From Spirochaetia bacterium (lineage in GTDB: Bacteria; Spirochaetota; Spirochaetia; UBA9216): 64,000 nt of DNA. Under the pieces are notes generated by a model. The model was given only the letters and a program-made list of their open reading frames with translations, ran no database searches and had not been told where the DNA came from. Of this stretch, positions 51,010-62,657 are shown piece by piece. Both the position numbers and the translations under genes were made by a program. The stretch covers positions 128,001 through 192,000 of the forward strand of contig OZ223265.1 in assembly GCA_965140585.1 (NCBI GenBank), written 5' to 3'. Positions within the stretch are counted from its first letter, which is position 1. The number at the start of each line of letters is the position of its first letter.

Positions 51010-51010
51010 C

Positions 51011-51457
51011 CTAACCTTCTTTAACTACAATATTTCCGCCGGCCTTTTCAATTTTCTCTTTTGCACCGGCTGAGATTTTTTCAATTTCAACTGTAAGCTT
51101 CTTGTCTATATCACCCTCACCGAGTATTTTAACAAGCTTATTCTTACCTTTAAGTATGCCTTTTTCACGAAGAGTATCCATATTTACGACCTCTCCATCA
51201 GCATACTTTTCGCTGAGTTCTTTAAGATTAATGGTCTTATATTCTACCTTGAAAGGATAGTTAGAGAAACCTCTGCTTGCTATCCTTCTGTAGAGCGGCA
51301 TCTGACCGCCTTCAAATCCGGGTCTTACTCCACCGCCTGATCTTGCATTCTGACCATTGCTGCCTCGACCGCTTGTCCCGCCTCTTCTTGAACCGTTACC
51401 GCGACCCTTTATTCTTTTCTTACTGGTTGCGCCAGCAGGTAATTTAATATCACTCAT
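51011..51457 (-). CDS. rplO: 50S ribosomal protein L15
   Basis: GFEGGQMPLYRR. Confidence 0.97.
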   Translation of the reverse strand: MSDIKLPAGATSKKRIKGRGNGSRRGGTSGRGSNGQNARSGGGVRPGFEGGQMPLYRRIASRGFSNYPFKVEYKTINLKELSEKYADGEVVNMDTLREKGILKGKNKLVKILGEGDIDKKLTVEIEKISAGAKEKIEKAGGNIVVKEG

Positions 51458-51459
51458 AA

Positions 51460-51648
51460 TCAGTTAATCTCCTCGACCTTAACGAGATGTGAGACAGTAT
51501 TGACCATGCCTAAGATAGCCGGGTTTGCTTCTTTAACAACCGACTGGCTGATCTTTCTAAGCCCGAGAGCTTTAAGTGTCTTAACCTGATTTGGTTTTCT
51601 GCCGATATAGCTTCTAACCAGTTCAATCTTTATCTTCTTATCAGCCAT
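51460..51648 (-). CDS. rpmD: 50S ribosomal protein L30
   Basis: LVRSYIG...ALGLRK...[10 protein letters not shown]. Confidence 0.95.
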   Translation of the reverse strand: MADKKIKIELVRSYIGRKPNQVKTLKALGLRKISQSVVKEANPAILGMVNTVSHLVKVEEIN

Positions 51649-51650
51649 TT

Positions 51651-52145
51651 CTAACCCCACATATCAGCAAGAGTTTTACCTCTGCCCTTGGCTATGCTCT
51701 TGGCGTTCATCATATTTTCAAGTCCGTTAAAAACAGCCTTTGTAATATTCATAACATTTTTTGAACCAAGAGATTTGCTGAGAATATTGTTTATTCCGCT
51801 TACTTCCATTACAGCACGAACGGGTCCACCGGCGATAATACCGGTACCGGGTGCAGCAGGCTTCAGAATAACTTTGGCGCTTTTAAATTCACCAATATAT
51901 TCATGCGGAAGTGTGTCGTTTTTAATGGGTACAGTAATAAGGTTGCTTTTGGCTTTTTCAACGCTTTTTCTAATAGCTTCAGAAACATCATTAGCCTTTC
52001 CAAATCCGTATCCGACTCTTCCATTCTGATCACCGACAACTACCAGTGCGGAGAATGAAAATCGTCTACCACCTTTTACTACTTTGGCTACCCTGTTGAG
52101 CTTAATCAGCTTTTCAACGTATTCTTTTTCGTTTACAGCGTCCAA
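51651..52145 (-). CDS. rpsE: 30S ribosomal protein S5
   Basis: [15 protein letters not shown]. Confidence 0.98.
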   Translation of the reverse strand: MDAVNEKEYVEKLIKLNRVAKVVKGGRRFSFSALVVVGDQNGRVGYGFGKANDVSEAIRKSVEKAKSNLITVPIKNDTLPHEYIGEFKSAKVILKPAAPGTGIIAGGPVRAVMEVSGINNILSKSLGSKNVMNITKAVFNGLENMMNAKSIAKGRGKTLADMWG

Positions 52146-52154
52146 GTTCTCCTC

Positions 52155-52514
52155 CTAGATAGTTACTCCGGCTTTTCTGACACCTTCAGCAATGGCTTTC
52201 ACCTTGCCGTGATATAAAAATCCGTTTCTGTCAAAAACAACCGTAGAAATATTTTTTTCTTTAAGACGCTCTCCAAGAAGTACACCGAGCTTTTCCGCCC
52301 CTTCTACTGTGGAAGCAATCGCCTTATTGTCTTTTTCCATATTATTAGCATAAGCGATAGTAACACCGCTCATGTCATCGATAACCTGTGCATATAAGTG
52401 CCTGTTACTCTTAAAAACACTCAAACGAGGTCTTTCAGGAGTACCACTAACTGTTTTTCTAACGTGTTTCTTTCTCCGAACTCTTCGGTTAGCCTTTTGT
52501 ATTAGTTTCTTCAT
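52155..52514 (-). CDS. rplR: 50S ribosomal protein L18
   Basis: RPRLSVFKSN, VFDRNGFLYHGKV. Confidence 0.97.
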   Translation of the reverse strand: MKKLIQKANRRVRRKKHVRKTVSGTPERPRLSVFKSNRHLYAQVIDDMSGVTIAYANNMEKDNKAIASTVEGAEKLGVLLGERLKEKNISTVVFDRNGFLYHGKVKAIAEGVRKAGVTI

Positions 52515-52523
52515 TTTAGTACC

Positions 52524-53060
52524 CTATTTAATACCAGATTTTCCGACTTTTCTTCTGATATTCTCGTTATCGTATCTTATTCCTTTACCCTTATACGGCT
52601 CAGGAGGTCTCAGTCCTCTGATTTCAGCACTTATCTGACCAACGCGCTGTTTATCGATACCTGATACAGTTACCTTTGTACCTTCAACACTGATATTGAT
52701 TCCCTCTTCAATATAGAAATCAATCGGCTGTGAATAACCAAGGCTGAGTGTAAGGATATCCTTGTTTACTTCAGCACGGTAACCAACGCCGTTAATAATA
52801 AGTGTTTTTGAAAAACCGGCTGAAACTCCGGTAACCATATTGCTTATAAGTGAACGATATAAACCATGGTAAGAATGAGCGCTTTTTGTGTCGGATTTGG
52901 CCGTAACAACTACGGAATTATCTTCAACCTTAATCTCAACTTCAGGTTTATAATCCTGTTCAAGTTTTCCCTTCGGTCCTTCCACGGTGATAAGTTCTTC
53001 TGAAACAGAAACCTTTACGCCCTGCGGAATTGCTACCGGTAATTTTCCAATTCGAGACAT
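52524..53060 (-). CDS. rplF: 50S ribosomal protein L6
   Basis: [17 protein letters not shown]. Confidence 0.98.
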   Translation of the reverse strand: MSRIGKLPVAIPQGVKVSVSEELITVEGPKGKLEQDYKPEVEIKVEDNSVVVTAKSDTKSAHSYHGLYRSLISNMVTGVSAGFSKTLIINGVGYRAEVNKDILTLSLGYSQPIDFYIEEGINISVEGTKVTVSGIDKQRVGQISAEIRGLRPPEPYKGKGIRYDNENIRRKVGKSGIK

Positions 53061-53075
53061 CTCGCTACCCCTATC

Positions 53076-53474
53076 CTACCAAACTGAGCAAATAACTTCA
53101 CCGCCGACTTTCTTTTCAGCAGCCTTCCTGCCGGTAGTAACACCGGTTGAAGTAGATACAATCAGAGTTCCGTATCCGTTATACACTCTGGGCATTTTTT
53201 TATAACCTGTATAGATTCTTCTTCCAGGCTTTGAAATCTTTGTAATACCATGAATTATTGGTTCATCATCATTTACATATTTCAGAAAAATTCTGATGAA
53301 GTTAATTCCATCTATTGTCGTTTTCTTAAAGTTTTTAACGTAGCCTTCATTCTTAAGTATCTTAACTATTTCAAGCTTCAACTTTGAAGTAGGTATATCA
53401 ACTCTGTCAAATCTTGCGTTGTTTGCATTTCGAATTTTAGTTAACATATCAGCTACAGGATCTGAAACTGCCAT
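53076..53474 (-). CDS. rpsH: 30S ribosomal protein S8
   Basis: [21 protein letters not shown]. Confidence 0.98.
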   Translation of the reverse strand: MAVSDPVADMLTKIRNANNARFDRVDIPTSKLKLEIVKILKNEGYVKNFKKTTIDGINFIRIFLKYVNDDEPIIHGITKISKPGRRIYTGYKKMPRVYNGYGTLIVSTSTGVTTGRKAAEKKVGGEVICSVW

Positions 53475-53484
53475 ATTACTCTCC

Positions 53485-53670
53485 CTACCAGCTCGATTTT
53501 GTTACACCCGGGATAAGTCCCTCACTGGCGTATTTTCTGAAACAAACCCTACACATCTGAAACTTCCGCATATAGCCTCTCGGTCTTCCACAGACTCTAC
53601 ATCTGTTTACTTTTCTTGTACTATATTTCGGAGTTCTGTTAGCTTTTACAATCATTGATTTTTTAGCCAT
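53485..53670 (-). CDS. rpsN: 30S ribosomal protein S14 (Zn-binding type Z)
   Basis: RCRVCGRPR...MCRVCFR. Confidence 0.97.
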   Translation of the reverse strand: MAKKSMIVKANRTPKYSTRKVNRCRVCGRPRGYMRKFQMCRVCFRKYASEGLIPGVTKSSW

Positions 53671-53681
53671 TATCTACACTC

Positions 53682-54239
53682 CTATTTCCTGAAAGGCATG
53701 CCGAGCTTCTTCAGAAGGCTTCTGGCTTCCTGGTCTGTTTTTGCGGTTGTTACAATTGCTATATTCATACCACTGACCCGTTCAATCTTATCAAAATCGA
53801 TTTCAGGGAAAATGATCTGCTCGGTAATACCAAGCGAATAATTACCGTTGCCATCAAATGCATTTGGATTAATACCTCTGAAGTCCTTAACACGAGGAAG
53901 AGCAATTGAAATAAATCTTTCAAGAAACTCCCACATGTACGCACCTCTAAGTGTCACCTTTGCGCCGATTTCCATACCCTCTCGAAGCTTAAAGTTAGAA
54001 ATTGACCTTCTGGCCTTTGTCTTTACAGCTTTCTGGCCGGTAATCAGTTCAAGTTCGGAAACTGCGGATTCAAGAAACTTTTTGTTCTGAATTGCATCAC
54101 CACAGCCTACGCTAACTATAACCTTCTCAAGTGCGGGAATCTGCATAACAGAGCTGTATCCAAATTCTTCCCGAAGTTCTTTTGCAACTGAATCTTTATA
54201 AAACTTCTTTAGTGTTGGTACATATTCTTTCACTGCCAT
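53682..54239 (-). CDS. rplE: 50S ribosomal protein L5
   Basis: [22 protein letters not shown]. Confidence 0.98.
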   Translation of the reverse strand: MAVKEYVPTLKKFYKDSVAKELREEFGYSSVMQIPALEKVIVSVGCGDAIQNKKFLESAVSELELITGQKAVKTKARRSISNFKLREGMEIGAKVTLRGAYMWEFLERFISIALPRVKDFRGINPNAFDGNGNYSLGITEQIIFPEIDFDKIERVSGMNIAIVTTAKTDQEARSLLKKLGMPFRK

Positions 54240-54550
54240 CAGATTGCTTCTCCGCATTTCTTACAAATTCTAACCCTATCGTCACCTTCAATCTTGTATC
54301 CAAGTCTTGTGGGTCCGCATTTCTTGCAGATTACCCTGACATTGGATATATCCATTGAAGCTTCAATACTGACGATACCGCCTTTTTCGTTTTGGCTTTT
54401 AGGTTTCATTGCTTTTTTTACAATGTTAATACCCTGAACAACTACACGGCCTTTCTCACGGTTAACTTTAACGACCTTACCGGTCTTACCTTTATCCTTA
54501 CCGCAGACAACCTTTACTGTATCGTTCTTCTTAATCTTATATTTAACCAT
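54239..54550 (-). CDS. rplX: 50S ribosomal protein L24
   Basis: KOW motif [10 protein letters not shown]. Confidence 0.96.
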   Translation of the reverse strand: MVKYKIKKNDTVKVVCGKDKGKTGKVVKVNREKGRVVVQGINIVKKAMKPKSQNEKGGIVSIEASMDISNVRVICKKCGPTRLGYKIEGDDRVRICKKCGEAI

Positions 54551-54562
54551 TCCCAAACCCCT

Positions 54563-54931
54563 TTAAAGGACCTCCGGTGCAAGGGAAACAATCTTCATGA
54601 AGCCTCCCTCTCGCAGCTCTCGAGCTACCGGGCCGAAGATACGCTTTCCTCTAGGATTTAAACTAGCATCCAAAATGACGCAAGCATTATCATCAAACCT
54701 GATATATGTACCGTCAATTCGACGATATTCCTTACTTGTTCTGACAATAACGGCTTTATGGACATCGCCCTTCTTGATTGCTGCGTTAGGAAGTGCATCC
54801 TTAACAGCTACAACAATTACGTCACCTACTCCGGCAATATTTTTGTGGCTTCCGCCCAGAACCTTGATACACTGTACCCTTTTGGCTCCGCTGTTATCTG
54901 CAACATTCAGATACGTTTGCATCTGGATCAT
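54563..54931 (-). CDS. rplN: 50S ribosomal protein L14
   Basis: VADNSGA, FDDNA, SLAPEVL. Confidence 0.98.
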   Translation of the reverse strand: MIQMQTYLNVADNSGAKRVQCIKVLGGSHKNIAGVGDVIVVAVKDALPNAAIKKGDVHKAVIVRTSKEYRRIDGTYIRFDDNACVILDASLNPRGKRIFGPVARELREGGFMKIVSLAPEVL

Positions 54932-54963
54932 ATTATCACTCCTTCAGACAAAATAATTTTAAA

Positions 54964-55254
54964 TTATTTTGCTCTCTCAACAATTTCGAGAAGGCGCCAG
55001 CACTTATCTTTACTGATAGGCCTGGTTTCAATCACACGAACTGTATCACCGATATGAGCATCATTCTTCTCATCATGCGCCTTAAGCTTCTTTGTTCTAG
55101 AAAGATATTTCTTGTACAGTCTGTGAAGTTTCTTTGTCCTTACTTCGACAACTATGGTTTTATCCATTTTATCGCTGACAACTACACCCTGAAATGTCTT
55201 ATTATAGCCTTTTGTCTTTTCTACTGCTTTAGTATCCACAACTATCTCCTGCAC
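54964..55254 (-). CDS. rpsQ: 30S ribosomal protein S17
   Basis: [18 protein letters not shown]. Confidence 0.97.
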   Translation of the reverse strand: MQEIVVDTKAVEKTKGYNKTFQGVVVSDKMDKTIVVEVRTKKLHRLYKKYLSRTKKLKAHDEKNDAHIGDTVRVIETRPISKDKCWRLLEIVERAK

Positions 55255-55454
55255 TATGCCTTGCGAATTCCGAGTGCATATTCATGAATAATAGTATTCA
55301 ATCTAGCGATCTGTCTTCTCATAGTCCTGATTTCAATCGGACTTTCCACATGACCAAGCACCTTGTTGAATCTGCCATCAAGAAGCTTCTTTTTAAGTTC
55401 TTCTCTTTTATTGAGAAGTTCTTCATAAGTTAAATCAGAAAATGAATTCTTCAT
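55254..55454 (-). CDS. rpmC: 50S ribosomal protein L29
   Basis: RRQIARLNT; position in the S10 operon. Confidence 0.95.
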   Translation of the reverse strand: MKNSFSDLTYEELLNKREELKKKLLDGRFNKVLGHVESPIEIRTMRRQIARLNTIIHEYALGIRKA

Positions 55455-55456
55455 TC

Positions 55457-55870
55457 TTAAAGACTCCTTCTTTCGACAAACTTAACCTTGATAGGCAGTT
55501 TATTACCTGCAAGTCTCATAGCTTCTGCAGCAAGTTCAGAGCTAACTCCGGCCATTTCAAACATAACTGTGCCGGGTTTTACTTCAGCAACCCAGTATTC
55601 AGGGTTACCCTTACCTTTACCCATTCGGGTTTCAGCAGGTTTTTTGGTATATGGAAAATCCGGGAAAATTCTAATCCAGACTTTACCGCCCCTCTTGATA
55701 TGCCTTGTCATCGCAATACGTGCTGCTTCTATCTGTCGGTTTGTTATCCATTTATTTTCGAGAGACACAAGTCCGAAGTCACCGAAAGCAACTGTGTTGC
55801 CCCTGGTAGCTTCACCTACAAGCCTGCCTCTCTGTTTTTTTCTAAATTTCGTTCTCTTAGGACTAAGCAT
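55457..55870 (-). CDS. rplP: 50S ribosomal protein L16
   Basis: [16 protein letters not shown]. Confidence 0.98.
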   Translation of the reverse strand: MLSPKRTKFRKKQRGRLVGEATRGNTVAFGDFGLVSLENKWITNRQIEAARIAMTRHIKRGGKVWIRIFPDFPYTKKPAETRMGKGKGNPEYWVAEVKPGTVMFEMAGVSSELAAEAMRLAGNKLPIKVKFVERRSL

Positions 55871-55876
55871 CTTGCA

Positions 55877-56578
55877 CTAACTCCTTGAGGAGGATTTTTC
55901 CCTCTGCTTTTTAACAAGCAGTCCGGCATCTTCCTTCCTGTCTCTCTTGTATACCTCGCCGGTGAAAACCCAGACCTTAACTCCGATTAAACCGAAGGTT
56001 GTATCAGCTTCAGCAAAACCATAATCGATATTAGCTCTAAGAGTATGCAGAGGAACACGTCCGGCTTTATACTGTTCGGTTCTTGACATTTCAGCACCGC
56101 CAAGCCTTCCGGAAACTTTAATTTTAATTCCCTGAACACCGGTTTTCATAGCATTGTTAACAGCCATCTTAAGAGTTCTTCTGAAAGAACTTCTTGATTT
56201 AAGCTGTCTGGCTACATTAAGTGCAATAATCTGAGCATCATTTTCAGGCTGCTTTATCTCTTTAATTTTAATCTGAATTTTCTTTCCTGAAATAGTCTGA
56301 AGTCTGTTGCCGATCTTCTCAATATTGGCACCCTTGGCACCGATAATGATTCCCGGTCTGGAAGTATGAATCACAACAGTTATTCTCTGCGGGTGTCTGA
56401 TAATCTCAATATCTGAAATATCCGCTCCGTTTGTCTCAGGACAATTAAGCAGGGTTTTTCTAATTACAAGATCTTCATGCAGCGTATCCGCATATTCTCT
56501 TGGGTCTACGTACCATTTAGATTTCCAGGTTTTATTTATACCTAACCGCAGACCAATAGGATTAACTTTCTGACCCAT
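55877..56578 (-). CDS. rpsC: 30S ribosomal protein S3
   Basis: [23 protein letters not shown]. Confidence 0.98.
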   Translation of the reverse strand: MGQKVNPIGLRLGINKTWKSKWYVDPREYADTLHEDLVIRKTLLNCPETNGADISDIEIIRHPQRITVVIHTSRPGIIIGAKGANIEKIGNRLQTISGKKIQIKIKEIKQPENDAQIIALNVARQLKSRSSFRRTLKMAVNNAMKTGVQGIKIKVSGRLGGAEMSRTEQYKAGRVPLHTLRANIDYGFAEADTTFGLIGVKVWVFTGEVYKRDRKEDAGLLVKKQREKSSSRS

Positions 56579-56944
56579 TTATTCCCCCACACTACCTATT
56601 TCATCAACAACAACAGTTATATGACTCATTCTCTTAAGAAGAAGGTCTCTTCTTCCTCTACCACGTGCCCATACTCTTTTCATTCTTGGGCCTTCATCCA
56701 CCATCAGAGTCTTAATGTAGAGCATTTCTTCATCAAGATTTTTATTCTGAAAAAGAGCGTTTGCTGCAGCAGACTGTATTGTCTTCTTAAGATATACAGC
56801 GCCTTTATGAGGAAGACTTTCCAGTATCGCAACAGCCTCTGTATAAGGTTTCATCCTTACAACATTAGCTACCCTTCTTAATTTGGTAGGAGATATCATC
56901 AGATGTGTTGATTTTGCTTTATAACCTTTTTTCGCGTCCATCAT
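56579..56944 (-). CDS. rplV: 50S ribosomal protein L22
   Basis: ISPTKLR, SAAANA, SHITVV. Confidence 0.97.
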   Translation of the reverse strand: MMDAKKGYKAKSTHLMISPTKLRRVANVVRMKPYTEAVAILESLPHKGAVYLKKTIQSAAANALFQNKNLDEEMLYIKTLMVDEGPRMKRVWARGRGRRDLLLKRMSHITVVVDEIGSVGE

Positions 56945-56950
56945 CTCACC

Positions 56951-57232
56951 TTATCTCTTAGAAGATTTCTTATCAGAAGCTGTATGGCCTCTATAGAATC
57001 TTGTAGGTGCAAACTCACCGAGCTTGTGACCTACAAGGTTTTCAGTTACATACACGGGAACCCATGTTTTTCCGTTATAAACGGATATTGTAAACCCAAC
57101 CATTTCCGGAATAATTGTAGATGCTCTTGAAAATGTCTTGAGCATTTTCTTATCTCCGGCTTTAGCCATTTCAACTACTCTTTTATACAGTTTCCTTTCA
57201 ATAAAAGGACCTTTCTTTATTGACCTTGCCAC
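56951..57232 (-). CDS. rpsS: 30S ribosomal protein S19
   Basis: [19 protein letters not shown]. Confidence 0.98.
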   Translation of the reverse strand: MARSIKKGPFIERKLYKRVVEMAKAGDKKMLKTFSRASTIIPEMVGFTISVYNGKTWVPVYVTENLVGHKLGEFAPTRFYRGHTASDKKSSKR

Positions 57233-57243
57233 TAGTTAAACTC

Positions 57244-58068
57244 CTACTTCCGCTTCTTGACTATAAATCTGCTGGAAGACTTACTCTTCTTTCTGGTCTT
57301 ATATCCCTTAGTAGGAACACCCCATGGAGTAACCGGATGACGACCACCTGATGTTTTACCTTCACCACCACCATGCGGATGATCGTGCGGATTCATAACA
57401 ACACCACGAACTTTAGGTCTCTTACCGAGCCATCTTGATCTACCGGCTTTACCCAGATTTACATTCATATGGTCTTCATTTCCAACAATACCAAGTGTTG
57501 CTGAACATTTTTTGAAAACCATTCTCATTTCACCAGAAGGCAGTTTAAGCGTCACGTAATCGCCTTCCTTAGCAACAACTGAAGCACTCATCCCTGCAGA
57601 GCGTACCATCTGACCGCCCCTTCCCAGCTGAAGTTCAACATTATGAACTGTCATACCAAGCGGAATAGCTTCAAGAGGAAGACTGTTTCCTGACTCAAGC
57701 GGAGCTTCAGGACCGCTCATGACGGTTGCACCTACCTGAAGACCCTTAGGAGCAAGGATATACCTCTTTTCCCCGTCAGCATAGCTAACAAGTGCAATAT
57801 TTGCAGTTCTGTTGGGATCGTACTCAACAGAAACAATCTTGCCGGGTACTCCGTATTTGTCTCTTTTGAAGTCAATTACTCTATATTTTTTCTTGTGACC
57901 GCCGCCACGTCTTCTAACACTAATTCTTCCGCCGGCACCACGACCAGCTTTATAACTAAGCCCTTTGGTTAACGACTTTTCCGGTACCCTTGTTGTAATC
58001 TCGTCAAAGGTCAGAGTGGTCTTATACCTCAGGCTTGGAGTTCTAGGATTGTATTTCTTGATTCCCAC
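57244..58068 (-). CDS. rplB: 50S ribosomal protein L2
   Basis: [23 protein letters not shown]. Confidence 0.99.
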   Translation of the reverse strand: MGIKKYNPRTPSLRYKTTLTFDEITTRVPEKSLTKGLSYKAGRGAGGRISVRRRGGGHKKKYRVIDFKRDKYGVPGKIVSVEYDPNRTANIALVSYADGEKRYILAPKGLQVGATVMSGPEAPLESGNSLPLEAIPLGMTVHNVELQLGRGGQMVRSAGMSASVVAKEGDYVTLKLPSGEMRMVFKKCSATLGIVGNEDHMNVNLGKAGRSRWLGKRPKVRGVVMNPHDHPHGGGEGKTSGGRHPVTPWGVPTKGYKTRKKSKSSSRFIVKKRK

Positions 58069-58092
58069 ATTAGCCCCCTAAATCCTTACCAT

Positions 58093-58395
58093 CTATACGC
58101 CGTCAACCGACTCAATTTTATCACCCGCTTTAAGGGTAACAATTGCTTTCTTCCATGTAGCAGTCTGACCATATCTCATACCAGATTTAGTACGTGACAT
58201 TCTTGGTTTCGACTTAACATTTATGATATTACATGTAACAGGCTGAACATTAAAAACTTCTTTAACAGCAGTCATAATCTGCACCTTGTTAGCACGTCTA
58301 TCAACCTTAAAAACATACTTCCGGGTTTCACCTTCTCTCATGAGATTAGTTTTTTCGGTTAAAACCGGAGAAATCAATACCTGCATTGAATCCAT
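58093..58395 (-). CDS. rplW: 50S ribosomal protein L23
   Basis: PVLTEK, WKKAIVTL. Confidence 0.96.
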   Translation of the reverse strand: MDSMQVLISPVLTEKTNLMREGETRKYVFKVDRRANKVQIMTAVKEVFNVQPVTCNIINVKSKPRMSRTKSGMRYGQTATWKKAIVTLKAGDKIESVDGV

Positions 58396-59031
58396 TTATT
58401 TCCCCTCTTTCTTTCCGTAAAAATCATTAAGGCTTCCCGCAGCAGTTTCCAGGACAATAACCTTTTTTCCGTAGAAAAGATCATGTGCATTAAGACGATC
58501 GAAGGAAAGAATCCTAAGCCAGGGAATATTTTTTCCTGCTCTTTTTATCATCTGATCATCGTCTTTAAGAACCATTATTGTCTTTTCACCGCCAACATGG
58601 TTTTTAAGAATACTAACAAGATCTTTAGTTTTGCCGGACTCTACATTAAAGTCCTCAACTATACGAAGCGACTCTTCCTTAACCTTAAGGCTCAGGATAG
58701 ATTTCATCGCTGCTCTCTTCATTTTCTTAGGAATGCTGTAGGAATAATCTCTCGGCCTGGGACCAAAGATTGTACCACCGCCGACCCAGACGGGTGATTT
58801 CTTATCACCTGATCTTGCATGACCAGTACCCTTCTGACTCCAAGGCTTAGCATTACTATAATTCACTTCGGCGCGTGTTTTTGTGCAGGCAGTTCCGACT
58901 CTTCTATTAGCAAGCTCATTTCTGATAGCATAATAGATTGCACCCTCGCTGACCTCTCGACCAAAAACATCATCATTAAGAGTTATATCTTTTATCTCTT
59001 CGCCTTTTACCGAAAAGACCTTTGCTTTCAT
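58396..59031 (-). CDS. rplD: 50S ribosomal protein L4
   Basis: TKTRAEV, QKGTGHAR, GGGTIFGP. Confidence 0.98.
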   Translation of the reverse strand: MKAKVFSVKGEEIKDITLNDDVFGREVSEGAIYYAIRNELANRRVGTACTKTRAEVNYSNAKPWSQKGTGHARSGDKKSPVWVGGGTIFGPRPRDYSYSIPKKMKRAAMKSILSLKVKEESLRIVEDFNVESGKTKDLVSILKNHVGGEKTIMVLKDDDQMIKRAGKNIPWLRILSFDRLNAHDLFYGKKVIVLETAAGSLNDFYGKKEGK

Positions 59032-59045
59032 ATTCTTATCCTTTA

Positions 59046-59666
59046 CTATTTCTTCTTGGCCTTCCTGACCAGTACAACACTGTTCCTGGTTCCAGGTACG
59101 GCACCTTTCACAAGAATAATCTGCTTACCTGCATCAACCCTGACTACTTTCAGGTTCTGCACCGTCTTTCTTTCAGCTCCCATCCTACCGGGCATTTTTG
59201 TACCCTTCATAACTCGTGATGGATAAGCCGCCATACCGGTTGAACCGTTAGCTCTGTGGAACTTAGAACCATGAGTCTTACGTCCACCGCCGAAACCGTG
59301 ACGCTTCATTACACCCTGGTAACCTTTACCCTTGGTTGTTCCTATAACATCTACAAAACGAAGCTCATCAAAAAGCTCAACACCGTATTTCTGTCCAACC
59401 TCTGCTTCGAGCTCAAAATCTCTCATTTCATAAAGAAACTGCTTTGGCTCAACGCCTTCAGGAAACTGTCCTGCGTAAGGCTTGCTTACTCTATTCTTCT
59501 TTTTATCTACAGTCCCCAGCACACAGGCTTCGTAACCGTCTTTATCTATGCTTTTTTTACCGACTACAACATTTTCTTCAAACTTAATAACGGTTACAGG
59601 AGTCATAACTCCCATCTCATCATAGACCTGTGTCATTCCGACTTTCTTGCCGATTAGCCCTAACAT
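59046..59666 (-). CDS. rplC: 50S ribosomal protein L3
   Basis: GKKVGMTQ, GKGYQGVMKRH, KGAVPG. Confidence 0.98.
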   Translation of the reverse strand: MLGLIGKKVGMTQVYDEMGVMTPVTVIKFEENVVVGKKSIDKDGYEACVLGTVDKKKNRVSKPYAGQFPEGVEPKQFLYEMRDFELEAEVGQKYGVELFDELRFVDVIGTTKGKGYQGVMKRHGFGGGRKTHGSKFHRANGSTGMAAYPSRVMKGTKMPGRMGAERKTVQNLKVVRVDAGKQIILVKGAVPGTRNSVVLVRKAKKK

Positions 59667-59694
59667 CGTATACCTCAAATCAATAAAATTGCAG

Positions 59695-60006
59695 CTACTG
59701 CTTAATCTCTACATCAACGCCAGCGGGAAGCTCTAAAGTCATTAAAGCGTCCATAACTTTTGAAGTAGGGTCTAAAATGTCAATCAGTCTTTTATGTGTT
59801 CTCATCTCAAACTGCTCTCTGGACTTCTTGTTAACATGAGGAGACCGAAGAACAGTATATTTGTTAATCCTTGTAGGAAGAGGTATAGGCCCGGCCACCT
59901 TGGCTCCTGCCTTACCAACAGTCTGAACAATAGACTTGGCACTCTGATCAACTAACTCAACATCAAATCCTCTTAACCTAACGCGGATTCTATCATTACT
60001 GGCCAT
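59695..60006 (-). CDS. rpsJ: 30S ribosomal protein S10
   Basis: [21 protein letters not shown]; AGGAGG before ATG 60006. Confidence 0.98.
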   Translation of the reverse strand: MASNDRIRVRLRGFDVELVDQSAKSIVQTVGKAGAKVAGPIPLPTRINKYTVLRSPHVNKKSREQFEMRTHKRLIDILDPTSKVMDALMTLELPAGVDVEIKQ

Positions 60007-60060
60007 TATTCCTCCTGACAAATAGAGTCCCAACCTTCAGGCTGGGACCCCTGTCTAAAA

Positions 60061-61245
60061 TTATTCGATAATTTCAGTTACCTGACCACTGGCAACTGTT
60101 CTACCACCCTCTCGGATAGCAAATCTAAGACCCGGATCCATAGCAATCGGATGAATCAGCTCAACTGTAAGCTCAACATGATCGCCAGGCATAACCATCT
60201 GCTTATCTTCAGCAAGTGTTACTGAACCAGTAATGTCAGTAGTTCTGAAGTAAAACTGAGGTCTATATCCTGAAAAGAACGGTGAGTGTCTACCACCCTC
60301 TTCCTTACTGAGTACGTAGATAGCACCCTTAAACTTCTTATGAGGAGTAATTGTTCCCGGTTTAGCAAGAACCTGTCCTCTCTCTACTTCTTTCTTGTCT
60401 GTACCTCTGAGAAGAGCACCGATGTTATCACCAGCCTGACCTTCATCAAGAAGTTTATTGAACATTTCAACACCGGTACATGTTGTCTTTGCAGTATCTT
60501 TGATACCAACAATTTCAATTTCATCACCAACATGAACAATACCGCGTTCAATACGTCCTGTAACTACAGTACCTCGACCCTGAATTGAGAAGATATCTTC
60601 GATAGGCATAAGGAAGGGCTTATCAACTGCTCTTTCAGGAACAGGAAAATAAGTATCCATAGCATCAAGAAGTTCCTGTATACATGCAGTCTTCTCAGGA
60701 TCGTCAGGATTACTCATAGCTTCAAAAGCTGAACCTTTGATAAACGGACAATCTGACGGAAATTCGTAAGATTCAAGAAGCTCCTGAACCTCAACTTCAA
60801 CAAGCTCAACAAGTTCAGGATCTGCGAGATCCATCTTGTTAAGAAAAACAATAAGTTTAGGAACGCCAACCTGTCTTGCAAGAAGGATATGCTCTCTTGT
60901 CTGCGGTTCAGGTCCTGAATCAGCAGCAACAAGAATAATAGCACCGTCCATCTGAGCAGCACCGGTAATCATGTTCTTGATGTAGTCAGCATGGCCCGGA
61001 CAGTCAACATGAGCATAATGTCTTTTTTCTGTTTCATACTCAATGTGACGTGTATTAATGGTTATACCTCTGGCTTTTTCTTCCGGAGCATTGTCGATAT
61101 CATCATAATTCATGATCTTACCGCCTGCCTTCTTTGAACAATACATAGAGATAGCAGCAGTAAGAGTAGTTTTTCCATGGTCAACGTGTCCGATAGTACC
61201 AACGTTTACATGGTCTTTCGTTCTGTTAAACTTTTCTTTAGCCAT
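60061..61245 (-). CDS. tuf: Elongation factor Tu
   Basis: [26 protein letters not shown]. Confidence 0.99.
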   Translation of the reverse strand: MAKEKFNRTKDHVNVGTIGHVDHGKTTLTAAISMYCSKKAGGKIMNYDDIDNAPEEKARGITINTRHIEYETEKRHYAHVDCPGHADYIKNMITGAAQMDGAIILVAADSGPEPQTREHILLARQVGVPKLIVFLNKMDLADPELVELVEVEVQELLESYEFPSDCPFIKGSAFEAMSNPDDPEKTACIQELLDAMDTYFPVPERAVDKPFLMPIEDIFSIQGRGTVVTGRIERGIVHVGDEIEIVGIKDTAKTTCTGVEMFNKLLDEGQAGDNIGALLRGTDKKEVERGQVLAKPGTITPHKKFKGAIYVLSKEEGGRHSPFFSGYRPQFYFRTTDITGSVTLAEDKQMVMPGDHVELTVELIHPIAMDPGLRFAIREGGRTVASGQVTEIIE

Positions 61246-61586
61246 TTATTCCTCCTTACCACGATTATATTAATGGCTCAATAAAAAATAGTATGACTAT
61301 ACTGTACAATCCAGACGACAAACTGCCGCAGAAAAGATTGTTCACAACACTGTCATCAACAAACATTATTTTGGTCCAGAATTGATCTGGAGATCACCGA
61401 ACTTCGCCTGTATAACTGTAAGATTAGATGGTAATGTTTAGAATAAGCCACATTAAATGCGAAAAAATCTAAGACAGTACCACCTTATCACCCATTCGAC
61501 AGCTCAAAAGGACGATTGGTTTGGTAACCTATTTCGAACCAACCGGCTCGATCGCAGAACTAAAATAGTTCCAAGCAAGTTCATGC

Positions 61587-61615
61587 ACTATAATAGCTAT
61601 AGGCATTAAAGTCAA
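61587..61615 (-). promoter_or_regulatory. Putative sigma70 promoter of tuf-S10
   Basis: TTGACT-17 bp-TATAGT, about 340 nt upstream of tuf. Confidence 0.6.
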
Positions 61616-61668
61616 CCTCTACTATAGCCGAAGAGGCTGTAAACCTATTTTAAAACAGATTTTCCAGA

Positions 61669-62145
<477 letters not shown>

Positions 62146-62153
62146 TCAGACTC

Positions 62154-62528
62154 CTATGCCTTTGGCTTCTTAGTACCGTACTTGGAACGGCCCTGCTTAC
62201 GATCATCTACACCAAGCGTATCCTTGGCTCCTCTGACAATGTGGTAACGAACTCCTGGAAGATCCTTAACCCTGCCCCCGCGCAGTAGAACAACTGAGTG
62301 CTCCTGAAGATTGTGACCTACACCGGGAATATATGCAGTAACCTCTATTCCATTAGTCAATCTTACCCTTGCCACTTTACGCAAAGCAGAATTAGGCTTT
62401 TTAGGAGTCACAGTCATCACACGGGTACATACCCCTCTCTTCTGTGGACAGGCATCAAGAGCAGGTGCTGTTGTTTTCTTCGTTACCTGCTTTCTGCCTT
62501 TTCTTACAAGTTGATTTATTGTAGGCAT
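62154..62528 (-). CDS. rpsL: 30S ribosomal protein S12
   Basis: [21 protein letters not shown]. Confidence 0.99.
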   Translation of the reverse strand: MPTINQLVRKGRKQVTKKTTAPALDACPQKRGVCTRVMTVTPKKPNSALRKVARVRLTNGIEVTAYIPGVGHNLQEHSVVLLRGGRVKDLPGVRYHIVRGAKDTLGVDDRKQGRSKYGTKKPKA

Positions 62529-62576
62529 TTACGTGTATTACTCCCTAATACCTTATATTGGTTTTTCGTGAGCTTG

Positions 62577-62605
62577 ACTCTAACAGCCAGCTGAAAAAAA
62601 GTCAA
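62577..62605 (-). promoter_or_regulatory. Putative sigma70 promoter of rpsL-rpsG
   Basis: TTGACT-17 bp-TAGAGT. Confidence 0.5.
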
Positions 62606-62657
62606 GCCCACTGTCCCTTCATACTCAGAGACAATTGTAATAAATACAAATAACTAT

